Assembly (NCBI GenBank): GCA_964016885.1
Contig: OZ024741.1
Coordinates: 343,418,001 to 343,482,000, forward strand
Direction: 5' to 3'
DNA from: Eledone cirrhosa
Taxonomy: Eukaryota
Length of the DNA: 64,000 nt
In this document: positions 39,263 to 53,231 of the stretch, piece after piece
Layout of the letters: every line of letters begins with the position of its first letter
How positions within the stretch are numbered: the first letter of the stretch is position 1
The notes under the pieces: model-generated
The model's input: the letters and a program-made list of their open reading frames with translations, nothing else
Databases searched by the model: none
Told to the model about the DNA's origin: nothing
Position numbers and translations under genes: made by a program

Positions 39263-39569
39263 GTTTTCTTTATTAACCACAAGGGTTTACATAAAGTAGA
39301 CATTAAGGACAGTACAGGACAATACAGGACGGTACAAATGGGCATTTCTGCGTGTAAAAAAAACAGAGGATGAAATAAAATAAAGAAAAATTCCCCAATA
39401 GGGGGGAGACTTCCGAGGGACATTTGTGGAGAAAGCCCATTAAAAGACCACAGTGGCCCTGACCACCAGGGCAAGTGCCCTCTCCCAGTTTTCCACCTTT
39501 AATTTACAGACACCTACTCAGAGAAGGCCCATTCATTCGGGCTATACTTGCTTCTCTCACCCATCTTTC
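39263..39569 (-). mobile_element. 5'-truncated Tx1 copy E (3' ~310 bp) between AAT runs
   Basis: Near-identical to 33361-33670; AAT repeats at 39239-39262 and 39570-39582. Confidence 0.9.
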
Positions 39570-39596
39570 AATAATAATAATAAAAAAAAAAAAAAA

Positions 39597-39953
39597 TAGT
39601 GCCTGATTGTGGATGTGGCCTACCCATTCATCACGAGAGTGCAAGAGAAGGAGAGGGAGAAAATTAACCGATACCAGGACTTAAAGTGGGAGGTAAAAAG
39701 GATTTGGAACTGCCATGAAGTCAAAGTGATCCCGATTGTCATAGGCGCACTGGGGACTATCTCAAAAAGTTTCCAGGGCTGGTTAAAGAAAAGTGGCCCC
39801 TTCACGCTTTTTGGAACGCTTCAAAAGGCATGCTTGCTGGGAACATCAAGAACCCTCCGATACGTCCTGAATATCTGAGGCTGCAGGTAGTGGCTTGATA
39901 TTCATTTCAACAAACTTTCCAGTTCACTAACATCAATGACTGAGACTCAAAGA
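39597..39953 (+). mobile_element. R4/Dong 3' fragment G
   Basis: DVAYPF..KEREKINRYQDLKWEVKRIW..IGALG..LRYVLNI*, same 3'UTR as F, (AAT)n tail. Confidence 0.85.
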
Positions 39954-39978
39954 GTAATAACAATAATAATAATAATAA

Positions 39979-40331
39979 TTGTTTCTACTTTTGGCACAAG
40001 GCCAGCAATTACCCAGTGTATTACTGGTACTTTATTTTATCGACCCCGTAAGGATGAGAAGCAAAGTTAACCTTGGCGGGATTTGAACTCAGAATAGCAA
40101 GGGCCGTAACTCTATGCGTCAAAGCATGGCGTCCAATAGTAATAGTTTCTACTTTTTTGGCGCAGGGCCAGCAATTACCCAGTGCATTGCTGGTGCTTTG
40201 TTTTATCGACCCCGTATAATATAACAATAATAATTGTTTCTACTATTGGCACAAGGCCAGCAAATACCCAGTACATTACTGGTACTTTATTTTATCGACC
40301 CCGTAAGGATGAAAGGAAAAGTTAACTTCGG
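39979..40331 (-). mobile_element. Three 5'-truncated SINE copies in tandem, separated by AAT-like spacers
   Basis: Each begins on + with GTTTCTAC..GGCACAAGGCCAGCAA (or a close variant) at ~39980, ~40145 and ~40235. Confidence 0.8.
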
Positions 40332-40344
40332 AATAATAATGATA

Positions 40345-42734
40345 AGCAACAAGTCGAAACAAATTTCAAAAGTTTTGAACGCAACAATCCCTACTTCCCA
40401 CGTAGGTAAAATCAAATCAGCAAAGCAGCAACAACACTAGTAACCGATGCTACTGGCCTTGAAAAACAAATAAGGTAAAGGAAAAAAAACTAAAACAAAC
40501 AAAAAAAAACTAAGTCAGACATTCAAACATAACAATGAAATTTATGTTTATTTTTTAAAGTTTTTATCTATTTATTTGTTTATTTATTTATGTTCGTCTA
40601 CAGCGTGATGATGCCATGCTAAAATCACCGAGGGTGATCAGATCACTGGGGGTGATGAAATCACCGGTGGTTATGTAACCATACATACAACAATCCTCGA
40701 TATGAGTGTTTAAATGTCGAACCTACACAGTTCGAATAACGGTGAAGAGGAGACTAGAACGTTATGTGACAGACTCTCACCCAGCAGGTGCTCCCTGGTC
40801 CAGTAGCAGGGACATGGCTGTCATCCAAATACTGCTGGTGTTGGAGGAAGAAGAAGAAGGAAAGGGACCAGAACCAACTGGACGAAAGAATTGAATAGAA
40901 CTGTTATGCAATGTTACCTGAAAAGTAACCCCAAAGGCTATAGGAAACGGATGCATAACATCTGGAACGAGATTGGTCTATTTAAATTAGATGAACAAAA
41001 AGTGGCCGGGTAGGCTCGGATAATAAGAACTAATGGATGGATAAGCGAGCTGGAACTGGAGGAACTGATCAGAGAGATTAGGTTGGAAATGGAGAGTGGA
41101 GTATGCCAGGCAAACGAGCCTGAAGAAAATGAAGGTGAAGAGGTTGAGAGAACGGAGGAACCATCCGAAGCAGACAATGATCTGAATGCTGAAATAAATA
41201 ATAGCTGGAACAAAGATACGGCCGTTGAGGAAATGAATGCTGACGGGCTAGGACAAGATTTGGTTGATATCCTAAACTTAGTGGTAGATGAAATGAACAA
41301 TGATAGTGGGAAACCTATGAACCTAAGAATTGTAGAGAGGAATAAGTTAAAAGAAACAACAGCTAAAGTAAACAAAGTCATCCCATACCATGAGGCGAGG
41401 AACCTTCACCAATGCAACAATATCCTCAAAGCAACAGCAAATGCGGTGAGGAAATTACTTGGCATAAAAACGAGAGGAAACAACAAACAAGAAAGATCAG
41501 AACCTTGGTGGCAGAAACGACTGAATGGTCAAATCAGGGAAATGAGAAATGACATTGGAAAGCTTGAGTCCCTACTGAATGGGACACTAAAAAACATAGA
41601 CACTAAAAATAGACTGGAAATAAAGTACAAAACTAGGAGGAAAAAGCTAAATATTATCATAGAGGAACTGAAGCAACGCATTGTAGCAAAGAGTGCAAAG
41701 ATTAGGCGATATGAGAGCAGAGTCAGTCAGTATAGAGAGAAGCGCATGTTGGACAACAACCAGAAGATGTTGTTTGGACAGCTTGAAGGGAAGGAAAGAG
41801 GCAACGTCTTGATCCCTGAGGCGGAACAGACTAAAACATTCTGAAGAGGAATATGGGAGAAGGATGTTGAACATAATGATAAGGTAGTGTGGATTGAGAC
41901 AGTACAACAAGAGATAAGTGGACAAGCATATCAACAAACTGATTTAAGTATCACAGTTGAAACTCTTAAAGGGCAGGCCAAAAAACTAACCAACTGGAAA
42001 TCACCAGGCCCAGATGGTGTGCAGGGGTATTGGATTAAAAATATAACATCCCTCCACCCGAAATTGACAACCATGTTCAATGACTGCTTGAGGTCAGGTG
42101 AGGTACCAGAGTGGTTGACAAAAGGTACCACAGTTTTGCTAATGAAAGACCGAATCAAGGGTAATGATGTTACCAACTATAGACCTATCACATGTCTGTC
42201 CGTAATGTGGAAACTGTTAACAAGCATTGTGTCTGAGGAAATCCACCATCACCTCCACATAAACAACTTGTTACGGACGAACATAAAGGATGCCGAAAGA
42301 AGTCCCGTGGTACAAAGGACCAGTTACTTATTGATAAGATACAAACGGACAAGAAACTGGAACACAATAGTCCTGACCTGGTGGTTTGGGACAAGGAAAA
42401 AGATTGTGCCTGATTGTGGATGTAGCCTGCCCATCCGACACAAGAGTGCAAGAGAAGGAGAGGGAGAAAATTAACCGAGGATTTGGAACTGCCATGAAGT
42501 CAAAGTGGTCCCGATTGTTATAGGCGCACTAGGTACTATCTCGAAGAGTTTCCAAGGATGGTTAAAGAAAATTGGTCCCACCCCGCTTTTTGGAACACTT
42601 CAAAAGGCATGCTTGCTGGGAACAGCAAGAACCCTCCGATACGTCCTGAATAACTGAGGCTGCAGGTAGTGGCTTGATATTCATTTCAACAAACTTTCCA
42701 GTTAACTAACATCAATGACTGAAACTCAAAGAAC
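40345..42734 (+). mobile_element. R4/Dong element H with probable 5' end; large internal deletion near 42335
   Basis: N-terminal NWTKELNRTVMQCY..GYRKRMHNIW, WKSPGPDG and NYRPITCLSVMWKLLT joined to RLE-region QTDKKLEHN; (AAT)n tail. The 5' boundary is uncertain. Confidence 0.8.
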
Positions 42735-42757
42735 AGTAATAATAATAATAATATTAA

Positions 42758-42996
42758 TTGTTTCTACGTTAGGCACAAGGCCAGCAAATACCCAGTGCAT
42801 TACTGGTACTTTATTTTATCGACCCCGTAAGGATGAAAGGCAAAGTTAACCTTAATAATAATAATAATACATACATACATATATAATTATGTATATACGC
42901 ATATACATATATATACATACCGTTCACTCCTAACACATATATACAGACCCACACACATACACACACGCACACACATATATATATATATACATGTAC

Positions 42997-43035
<39 letters not shown>

Positions 43036-44610
43036 AATACATACATACAAACATGCATACATATGCGGTATATAGTTACATCCCTTTACGTTAGGAGTTG
43101 AAATCCCGCAGAAGTTAGCCTTCATCTTCACGGAGCAGATAAAATAATGCACCAGTAACGTACTCCAGTCGATTTAATCAATATGTCCCTCTCGCCAAAT
43201 TGCTGGTCTTGTACCTAAATCAGAAACCCTTATTACTTAAATGGACAACATCACGGAGTCATTTATTACACGAATGGGAAATCTTGTTAAGCACTATATA
43301 TACATTAGAAGGGTTACATGCAGAATCCAGTTATATTATCTTCGGTTTTAGCCATTCCAGCGAAGGCCACGCTGGAGTGTTTACTTTGGATGGTATGGTA
43401 TGGTTCCGTAACTCCTGTTAGAGTCGTAGGGGCGCCATATTGACATACTCTGTTTCCTGGGCATTTTAAACCCGGCGAAGCCCATCCCTCTCCAGGCCTG
43501 AGTACAGCAGATTTCTTCCAGAGAAAGAGAGAGGGGGAGGAAATGATAAAGAGATATAGAGGAAGAATCGATCCCAGTACTAGACTGGTACTTATTTTTA
43601 TCGACCCCGAAAGGATGAAAGGTAAAGTTGACCTCGACGGGATTTGAACTTACAGTGCAGAGAGCCGGAAGGAATACCATAAAGCTTTCTACCCGACGTT
43701 CTAACGACTTTCGATATAATGTATCAATTAAATTTGCGAACTTCAAAGATAATAAAATATATGAACACAGTAAAAACGTGCACTCTGATAATAAAACAAT
43801 ATAACAGACATATTGTAGCTTGGTTGTCAAATAATTGTTTCTACTTTTGGCACAAGGTCAGCAATTATCCCAGTACATTACTGGTACTTTATTTTATCGA
43901 CCCCATAAGGATGAAAGGCAAAGTTAACCTCGGCGGGATTTGAACTGAGAATGACAAGGGCCGTAACTCTATGCGTCAAAGCATGGCGTCCGACCCTCTA
44001 CCGATACTGCCAATCCACCCAAATGATGGTTTCTGATTTAGGCACAAGACCAACAATTCTGGGGGAGGGGAATGTCGACTAAATCGACACCAGAGCATTA
44101 CTGTTACTTTATTTTATCGACCCCTGTAAGGATGAAAAGCAAAGCTAACCTCGGCTGGTTTGGAACTCAGATCGTAAAGGGCCGTAACTGTATGCCGCAA
44201 AGCATGTTTTCCTACGCGCCACCGATACTGACAATCCACCGCCCTTGGTTGTCAAATATTAAAAATATAAATGGATGATTAACATCAAATCCTAAGCCGG
44301 GAAAACGCGGTGAATTGGCAGAGTCATGAGAACGACGGATAGAATGATTTGTGGTATTCTTTCTGGCCCTGTGTTCTGAGTTTAATTCCCGCCAAGGTCT
44401 ACTTCGCATGTCATCCTTTCGAGGCCGAAAAAAAAGTACTAGGGTAGTTTCTTCCATCATATCTCTTTCTCGCGTCTTCTCAATGACTCTATCTCTCTCT
44501 TTCTCTGGAAGAAATCTGCTCTGTTTAGACCTGGAGAGGAGATGGGGTACGCCAGCCTTAAAATACCAAAGATTAACCCTGTGTCAATATGGCGCCTTTA
44601 CGACGCCATG
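42758..44610. mobile_element. SINE cluster (about six copies, both strands, two tail types)
   Basis: SINE core motif at ~42758-42853(-), 43070-43232(+), 43410-43710(-), 43834-44020(-), 44025-44245(-) and 44305-44610(+). Confidence 0.75.
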
Positions 44611-45067
44611 AGAATTTATTTGTCCACACACACACACACATGTATGTATGTATGTAAGGCATGTATGTATGTATGCATGCATGCATGCATGTATATGTGT
44701 ATGTATGTTCTTCTGGTTTTATAATTTCACAAAGTTTTACCAATAGAGAGAGAGTCGGTTTCTAACATAGACACAAGACTCTCTCATTGGAATTTACACA
44801 ACATCAACTAGGTAGATATGTATGTATGCATGCATGTGTAGATATGGATGTTATTGTATGTGTGGATGTGTATATGCTTTGTATCTGTACATGTGTATAT
44901 GCAGTTATTAGATGCAAAATTTTGGGAATGTTTTACATATTTTTACTGTTCCATTAATGGATTGTACTTGTAATTTCCTAACTAGTTGTGTTCTTTCTGT
45001 TCCTGTGAAGCCTAGCTTCTAAAGATTTGTATTGAGGCAGTTACTAACATATCCCAGTGCCCCAATA

Positions 45068-45098
<31 letters not shown>

Positions 45099-45160
45099 TG
45101 TATGTATGTATGTATGTATGTATGTATGTATGTATGTATGTATGTATGTATGTATGTATG

Positions 45161-45194
<34 letters not shown>

Positions 45195-45200
45195 TGTATG

Positions 45201-45232
<32 letters not shown>

Positions 45233-45270
45233 CATGCATGTATGCATGTATGTATGTTTGCATGTGTGTG
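45068..45270. repeat. (TATG)n microsatellite
   Basis: Direct inspection. Confidence 0.95.
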
Positions 45271-46319
45271 TATATGTACGATTCGATCTGATGTTACGGG
45301 TTAGAAAGAAAGAAAGAACACACTCAACCAAATAAACTCTGGCTACTAAATGAAGGCATGGCAGCAGAACAGATTACAAATAATATAAATTATCATTCAC
45401 AAGGAAATGGAAGTAGCAGCCGACCAGTTCCAACAGGACACTGAAAGGACAAGTAATCACAATAAAACAAAAACACAGAGAAAATAATAACAAACGAACA
45501 GAAATACGAGCGTATTATATTGTAGAGAAACTACCATCCAAACACTCTGTCAGCTATAACAAAGACATATCCTCGATTTCACACTTAACAACAAACAGAA
45601 TAAGTGATTTCACAGAAGAATAAGCGCAGACAGACAAACACTTCTTTAATGTAGACAATACACAAAATAGTTGATGTGTTGATCATATAGGAACATCGGA
45701 AATATATCAAGCTGAGATTAATATAAACTAAAGAACACAAGGGAAATAATAGCGAAGCACAATCAAGTTCCCGAGGAAATATTTTCCACAAACACAAGCA
45801 TTGGAATACTGTTTAAATTAATTTACTCAAAAGGCACGTTTATATGAAGAAAGCTTTGATTGCATTCTAAAGGCATACACTCCTTCATTCCCTCCCATGA
45901 CGTACAACGGAAATTAACAGATAAATGGGCTACCTAGAGAGGTAGCCTACACCAGAGTGGGGTATAACAAAATATTGTATCCTTTCATAAATTTGAACAA
46001 TAAATCTGAAATGGTTTGAAGTTGCAGACAATAGTATTAAGTTAGTAATTATTGCAATGTTTGTTTTTACTTGTATCATTTTTATGCTCTCACCTGGAGC
46101 TTTGGGAATGTTATCTAAAGAAGTATTTGAAGTGACAAAGGTATATTAAAAGTGATGTCTAGTGCATAAAGTGATACATAGTATGTATTTCATGTATATA
46201 TCGTACAGCGTGTTAGTCAGACATCACATTTTATTCGAAAGAAATCTACATTGAATAACACGTATCTACATTTCCCTGAATAATACTCTATCCGTGTGAT
46301 ATGTGATATAGCACAACTG

Positions 46320-46556
46320 AGTAGAGAGAGAGGGGGGGGGGAGAGTGAAATATGGAGACAGATAGGGACAGTGAAAGAAAGAGATGGAGAGAGAGAGAGA
46401 GAGATGGGGAAAGAGTGCGATATGGACAGAGAGATGGAGAGAGAGATGGAAAGAGAGAAAGATAAGGAGATAGAGATAGAGAGAGTGAGAGAGAGAGAGA
46501 TATGGAGTGAGGGATGGAGAGAGAGGTGGAGAGAGTGTGATATGAAGAGAGAGATG

Positions 46557-46610
<54 letters not shown>
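46320..46610. repeat. GA-rich degenerate microsatellite
   Basis: Direct inspection. Confidence 0.85.
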
Positions 46611-46614
<4 letters not shown>

Positions 46615-47117
46615 CATTTCCACATTCGCTCTTCTTTTACTTTGTCACTCTCCTAAATTACTTCCCCACAGTTTTTAACAATTTAGAATCGTGGGAAAAG
46701 AACGTGGCTTTTTGATTTAGAAGCTAAAAATGACCGCGTTATCTGGAACCTTCAAAAATTGTAAACCATTTTGGATTAGCTTAGAAGTTAGAATAGCAAA
46801 ATATTAGTAGTCCATTGGGGTAAAATTATATTATTAATGAGATAATCAATTAACCAATGATCTAATTAATTATTTTGCCAGAGTCCTTCGCCAGACACTG
46901 CCACCTCATCGAGGATTACTGCCAGTTGTGTCATTTTCACCTCAATTTACCGCGTTCTCTACGTGTCTTTATCATTCAAAACGTCTGTGGAATATATGTA
47001 CGTATGCGCAGGGGTAGATGTGTGAACTTTGTTGTGTTTGATTCTTTATTGTTTTATTTCATTTATATATGTTTGGGTGTCTTTTCATCTACACACACAC
47101 ACACACACATATATATA

Positions 47118-47151
<34 letters not shown>

Positions 47152-48455
47152 AAATGAAGAATTATACATATCTCTACACGCGTATAGATACAAGTATAGA
47201 TAGATAGATAGATAGATAGATAATACATACATACATATATACATACATACATACATACATACATACATACATACATACATACATAGCATGCATACATACA
47301 CACCTACCTAGTTGATGTTGTGTAAATTCCAATGAGAGAGTCTTGTGTCTATGTTAGAAACCGACTCTCTCTCTATTGGTAAAACTCTGTGAAATTATAA
47401 AACCAGAAGGACATACATACATACAGGGTGTCCAACTTATACTGAGTTTGGTTCAATGAAATACTTAATAAAATTAACGGATTCAGAGCTTAATAATATC
47501 AAATATGGAAAAAGCAAATAAATCATGAAAAAAATCTTTACTTACTCATTTTAATGTCCCTACTGCAGTTTCATTAGGAAAATAACGGTACTCCCAATGA
47601 AATATCGTGAGAAATTCTAAATCATCAGGAGGCTTTCTCCGTCCAGAAATAAAATTCAAGACGAAAATTCCCAGCCGATCGCTGTCAGTGAAGATATAGT
47701 AGGTGTACTTATATCTAAAATTACAGTATACATGTATACACGGGCATTCATCTATTAGCCCTTCTATATACTTATATAATTATGTGTATGTTTTAGTTAG
47801 GCTTTTTATTGTTGATTGGTTTTCGGCTGTTATTTCTAGCTAACCACATACCTAATCACGTCACATGGAGAAATGGTAGTTTCTTCGAAAGTCCATGTGC
47901 ATTTCGGCCAATCTTTATATTTGTTTTAGTGATGTAAGTTAATATGGTAGGATCTCTCTCGCTGATGATCCTAATTAACCATTGAACTTAATCATTCCAA
48001 AGGTGAAGTATGGTTTCTGAAGCCATAACGGAACTATAAACGAGAGAATAAAATAGTTATTTAATACCTGGTATGTTCTGGCTGATATTTTTGTTAAATT
48101 AACTATACTGCTCATTTGTAATTATATCTTCTTACATTCTTTGAAAATTATTTCCTGTTTTAATGTTTGATATATTTATATATATGTCATTCGCCTTTGA
48201 ATTTATATTAAGAGCCCTGAAACACTTCTGTGAGCTTCCCTTGCAGGCGATATGGTGCGTGTCTTATTTTTCTCAGACACAACAACTTTATTAATTTTAT
48301 TAATATATATATATATATGTATAAATGTAATCTGAGTTTTTCGAATATTAATATTAATATTTGATTCGTTTGCAATTATGCAAACAAACATCATTTTTAA
48401 AGCCATGTCAGTAGAATAAGCCCCTCATTCTTGCTCTTGTGTTGGCATGTAAACA

Positions 48456-48503
48456 GAACTGCAGACTAATGTTTCTGGGTATAACCCTTCATCAGTACAG
48501 TTC
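48456..48503 (-). ncRNA. Minimal type I hammerhead ribozyme
   Basis: Minus strand GAACTGTA-CTGATGA-A-GGGT/TAT/ACCC-A-GAAA-C-ATTA-GTC-TGCAGTTC: 8-bp stem I, core, GUC site. Stem II is flanked by unpaired A residues. Confidence 0.7.
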
Positions 48504-48659
48504 ACTGTTCACCTGCCAACTGTCAGAGCTAGTGAAAATATGATATTTTCTAAAATATACAGTGACTGATCGGCCTGATTTACATATGAGCAGTCTGGCT
48601 GATCAGTCAGATCTGCATGTTAGCAGATCCACTGATCAGCCAGATTTGTATATCATCAG

Positions 48660-48690
<31 letters not shown>

Positions 48691-48740
48691 TGTATGTATG
48701 TATGTATGTATGTATGTATGTATGTATGTATGTATGTATG

Positions 48741-49345
48741 TCAGGTCACCAGTTGGTGCTACTGGTAACATGTATCCCAGTACAACCTGTCTCATGGTCG
48801 GCGACTAAACTGGCAACCCCACCAAGGTTTCTTGGTGAGGAGGGTGACTTTGGACATCCTGCAGGACTAAAAACAAAACCTGTCAAAGGGCAAAGGAGCT
48901 CTTAAGAGTCAATGGCCATCCAAAATCACCGGGAGAGATGACCCCTTAGCCTTTGTCAAGGCAGAATTCTAGGAGAAGGAAAACTCTGATATAATACCTG
49001 CAACCCTGATGGTATCCAATACTGTTGACTTGTTCTTCTTTTTGGTAAATATCATCTTGGTTAAGAGAGTGGGACTGGCTTTGTGCAGTGCCTTTGCTCA
49101 CTATAAAAGCTTCACGGCACAGGCATTGCTTTATATCTGGAGATCTCTCTGCACTTGTCGTCAAATGGTACCATGGGCCCAGCACTATGTGTCAATAATT
49201 GTCAAAAGTGTAGTGTTTGTACCAGAGTTTTCAAATCGCTGGCTGGACTAAAAAGTCACACTCGTTCAGCGCATCCGTAGGGGTTCTCCTACATGGATAT
49301 AAAGTAGTGGCCGTACTCGAAAACGAGTTGGCAGCCACCATGTAA
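48741..49345 (+). mobile_element. Internally deleted RTE-like LINE derivative in (TATG)n
   Basis: RTE-like 5'UTR motif GGAGAAGGAAAACTCTGA; 3' C2H2 finger CSVCTRVFKSLAGLKSHTRSAHP* (49209-49280); short 3'UTR hairpin CTCG/CGAG; TATG repeats on both sides. Confidence 0.55.
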
Positions 49346-49561
49346 GTATGTATGTATGTATGTATGTATGTATGTATGTATGTATGTATGTATGTATGCA
49401 TGCATGTATGTGTGCATGTATGTATGCATGTATATATGTATGCATGTATGCACATATGTATGTTTGCATGTGTGTATATATGTACAAATCTGGCTGATCA
49501 GTGGATCTGATAATATGCAGATCTGACTGATTAGCCAGTCTGCTAATATGCAAATCAGGCA

Positions 49562-49937
49562 TGTGGAACATGCCTATATTTAACTGAAGGACATAAATAC
49601 ACGTTTAAAGATGACCAAACCTTCACAGTCAAAAACAACTTAATTTGCAATTCGGAGAACCTGATCTATGTAATCACATGCGGTAGCTGTCGATATATCT
49701 ATATAGGACAGACAGGATATCACTACGCAAAAGAATGACCATCCATCGCCAACAAATCCGAGACGTAAACACATGGAAAATCCCCTTAAGTAACACATTG
49801 CAGATTGTGCAGGAATGACTTTACCCAACTTTAAAATCTACCCCATTTACAAGTGCTCCGATTCTTTCACTCAACAACACAGAATAAATAAGGAAAAACT
49901 ATTTATTTACAAATTTAAACGAAAACTTAATATGTAA
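49562..49937 (+). pseudogene. Penelope GIY-YIG endonuclease relic (different subfamily)
   Basis: CGTC...LICNSENLIYVITCGSCRYIYIGQTG / LRKRMTIHRQQIR / RINKEKLFIYKFKRKLN*, with frameshifts. Confidence 0.8.
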
Positions 49938-50029
49938 TTACCCCCATTAGATCCCCCCACACACACACACATACACACCACAAAATCATTTTTAGTTTTT
50001 GACAATTTTCTGAATTTTTGGGAGAAAAA

Positions 50030-50710
<681 letters not shown>

Positions 50711-51147
50711 TGTATTGTTATATATACACCCTCACACACACTATATATATATATATATATATATTTATCTACACCCACACTCCCTAAAACCCTATTCCAA
50801 TAATAGAATTTCTCTTACACTCCTGCTGCTGCCATAGAATTTACCTCTAGCTTACAATTCCCTTTAGAACTTTTGACCAGTCAATTAACACAATCAGATA
50901 TACACACATATTTACAGAATGTTTCCTTCGCTCCCCCAAAACAATTTTGTTCTGTGAAGAAACATAGCTGCTGCTATCTTCACTGCAACATCTCTATTAA
51001 CAAGAACTCATTCTCTAGCCTAATTTTGAGCAAGAAAGATGGAAAAAATCTTTTGATTTTAATTTTAAATCTTTAATTTTTAGTTTTTAAATCCTATTAA
51101 TTCTTTTCAATTTTTTAATATTCAACTTTTGATGAGATGAATTTTAA

Positions 51148-51251
51148 TAATTGTTTCTACTTTTGGTACAAGGCCAGCAATACCCAGTGCATTACTGGTA
51201 CTTTATTTTATCGACCCCGTAAGGATGAAAGGCAAAGTCAACCTCGGCGGG
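51148..51251 (-). mobile_element. 5'-truncated SINE
   Basis: Same tail and core as the other copies, with short AAT flanks. Confidence 0.8.
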
Positions 51252-51476
51252 ATAATACTTTGAAACCGGTAATAATTTATATACTTTATATACATTATAA
51301 AACCTTTTTAAAAAGAATTGTCCCTCTCATTTTTTCAATAATGTCACTTTGACGAATCAAAGAAAGGATAAAAAGAGAAAAAACAGACCGTTGAATATAT
51401 TTTCCGTGCTATTTCCAACATCACCTTTTCTCTATATCCACTGTTTTCTATAGAACCTTCCCTTTTCTAATACACA

Positions 51477-51638
<162 letters not shown>

Positions 51639-52339
51639 GATAAATCTACCAAGAGTTTACGGTAGTGTCCAATCCGTATGAAAAACTCAATGTAATTCGG
51701 ATATCATGGAAAGAAGGGATGCATTCAAAAATCACTTTCGGTGAAAGATAAACGGAATACAGAGTCAAGATAAAGTATTAAAAAAATAATGAATAAAACA
51801 ATGAAACAGTTCCTTATATTAAACAAAAAAAAGTTCATTATTTAACGATCGTTTCTAGGACATATATGTGTTAGAATTGGCATGCATATTCAACAGATCT
51901 ATGTACAAAATTATACAAAATTATACAAACTATCAAATCTAATATACATACCAACACATACATATGCCGTCTTCAGAAATAATGAAATATATTTATTGAT
52001 AATAACAACAATTCAAAATTACAGGTCTGTTTGGGAACAGAGTTCAAATTGACCAATGAAATACACAAAAATATATCAAGAAAATACAGTTAGGTGTGTG
52101 TATATATGTAAGTAACTTCGTTCACAGATATGCATAAAAATATATGTTCACATGCATACGCATGTCGAAAAAATGTATGTAAATACAAAAATTCAGGGCT
52201 AATGTCTCTGTATGTTTATAATCTACAGATAAAATACACATACGCATATAAACATATATACATTCATATATACACACACATATACATACATTCACACACA
52301 CACGCGCATATACACATAAACATACACATACCCACGAAT

Positions 52340-52443
<104 letters not shown>

Positions 52444-53180
52444 GTATATATTATTATTATAACTACATGGATATTAAGGCGCACACATAAACACTGCCAC
52501 ATACATTTCTACATCTATATGCAGAAGAAGGTGAAGGGGGTCAGTAATTACTAAGGGTGTCAGAGAATTGCCTATTTATAAAATGTATCTATGAATTTAG
52601 AAATAAAAAGAAATATATTAAAAAAAATAAACAAATAAGATATATACTCATACATAAAATACACAACGATATACATATATATATATATATATACATACAT
52701 ATATACATATATATACATATATATATACATATATATACATATATATACATACATACACATATATATAGAGACACATACATATACATATATAAATACATAG
52801 ACACACATACATACACACATATATATATACATATATTCACAACACACATATATATATACACATATATGTACATACATATACACACATACATACATATACA
52901 TATATACATACACACACATATATATACACACATATATACACACATATATACATATATATACACATACACACACATATATATACACACACACACACATATA
53001 TATACGTATATATACACACACATACACATATCCATTTATGTATATAGACATACAATCACACACTCACACAACTCAGACATACATAAATAAAGAGATATAC
53101 ATACACACATATACATATATACATATATATATAGATATATACATACACATAAATATATATATATATACACACACACACAT

Positions 53181-53231
<51 letters not shown>

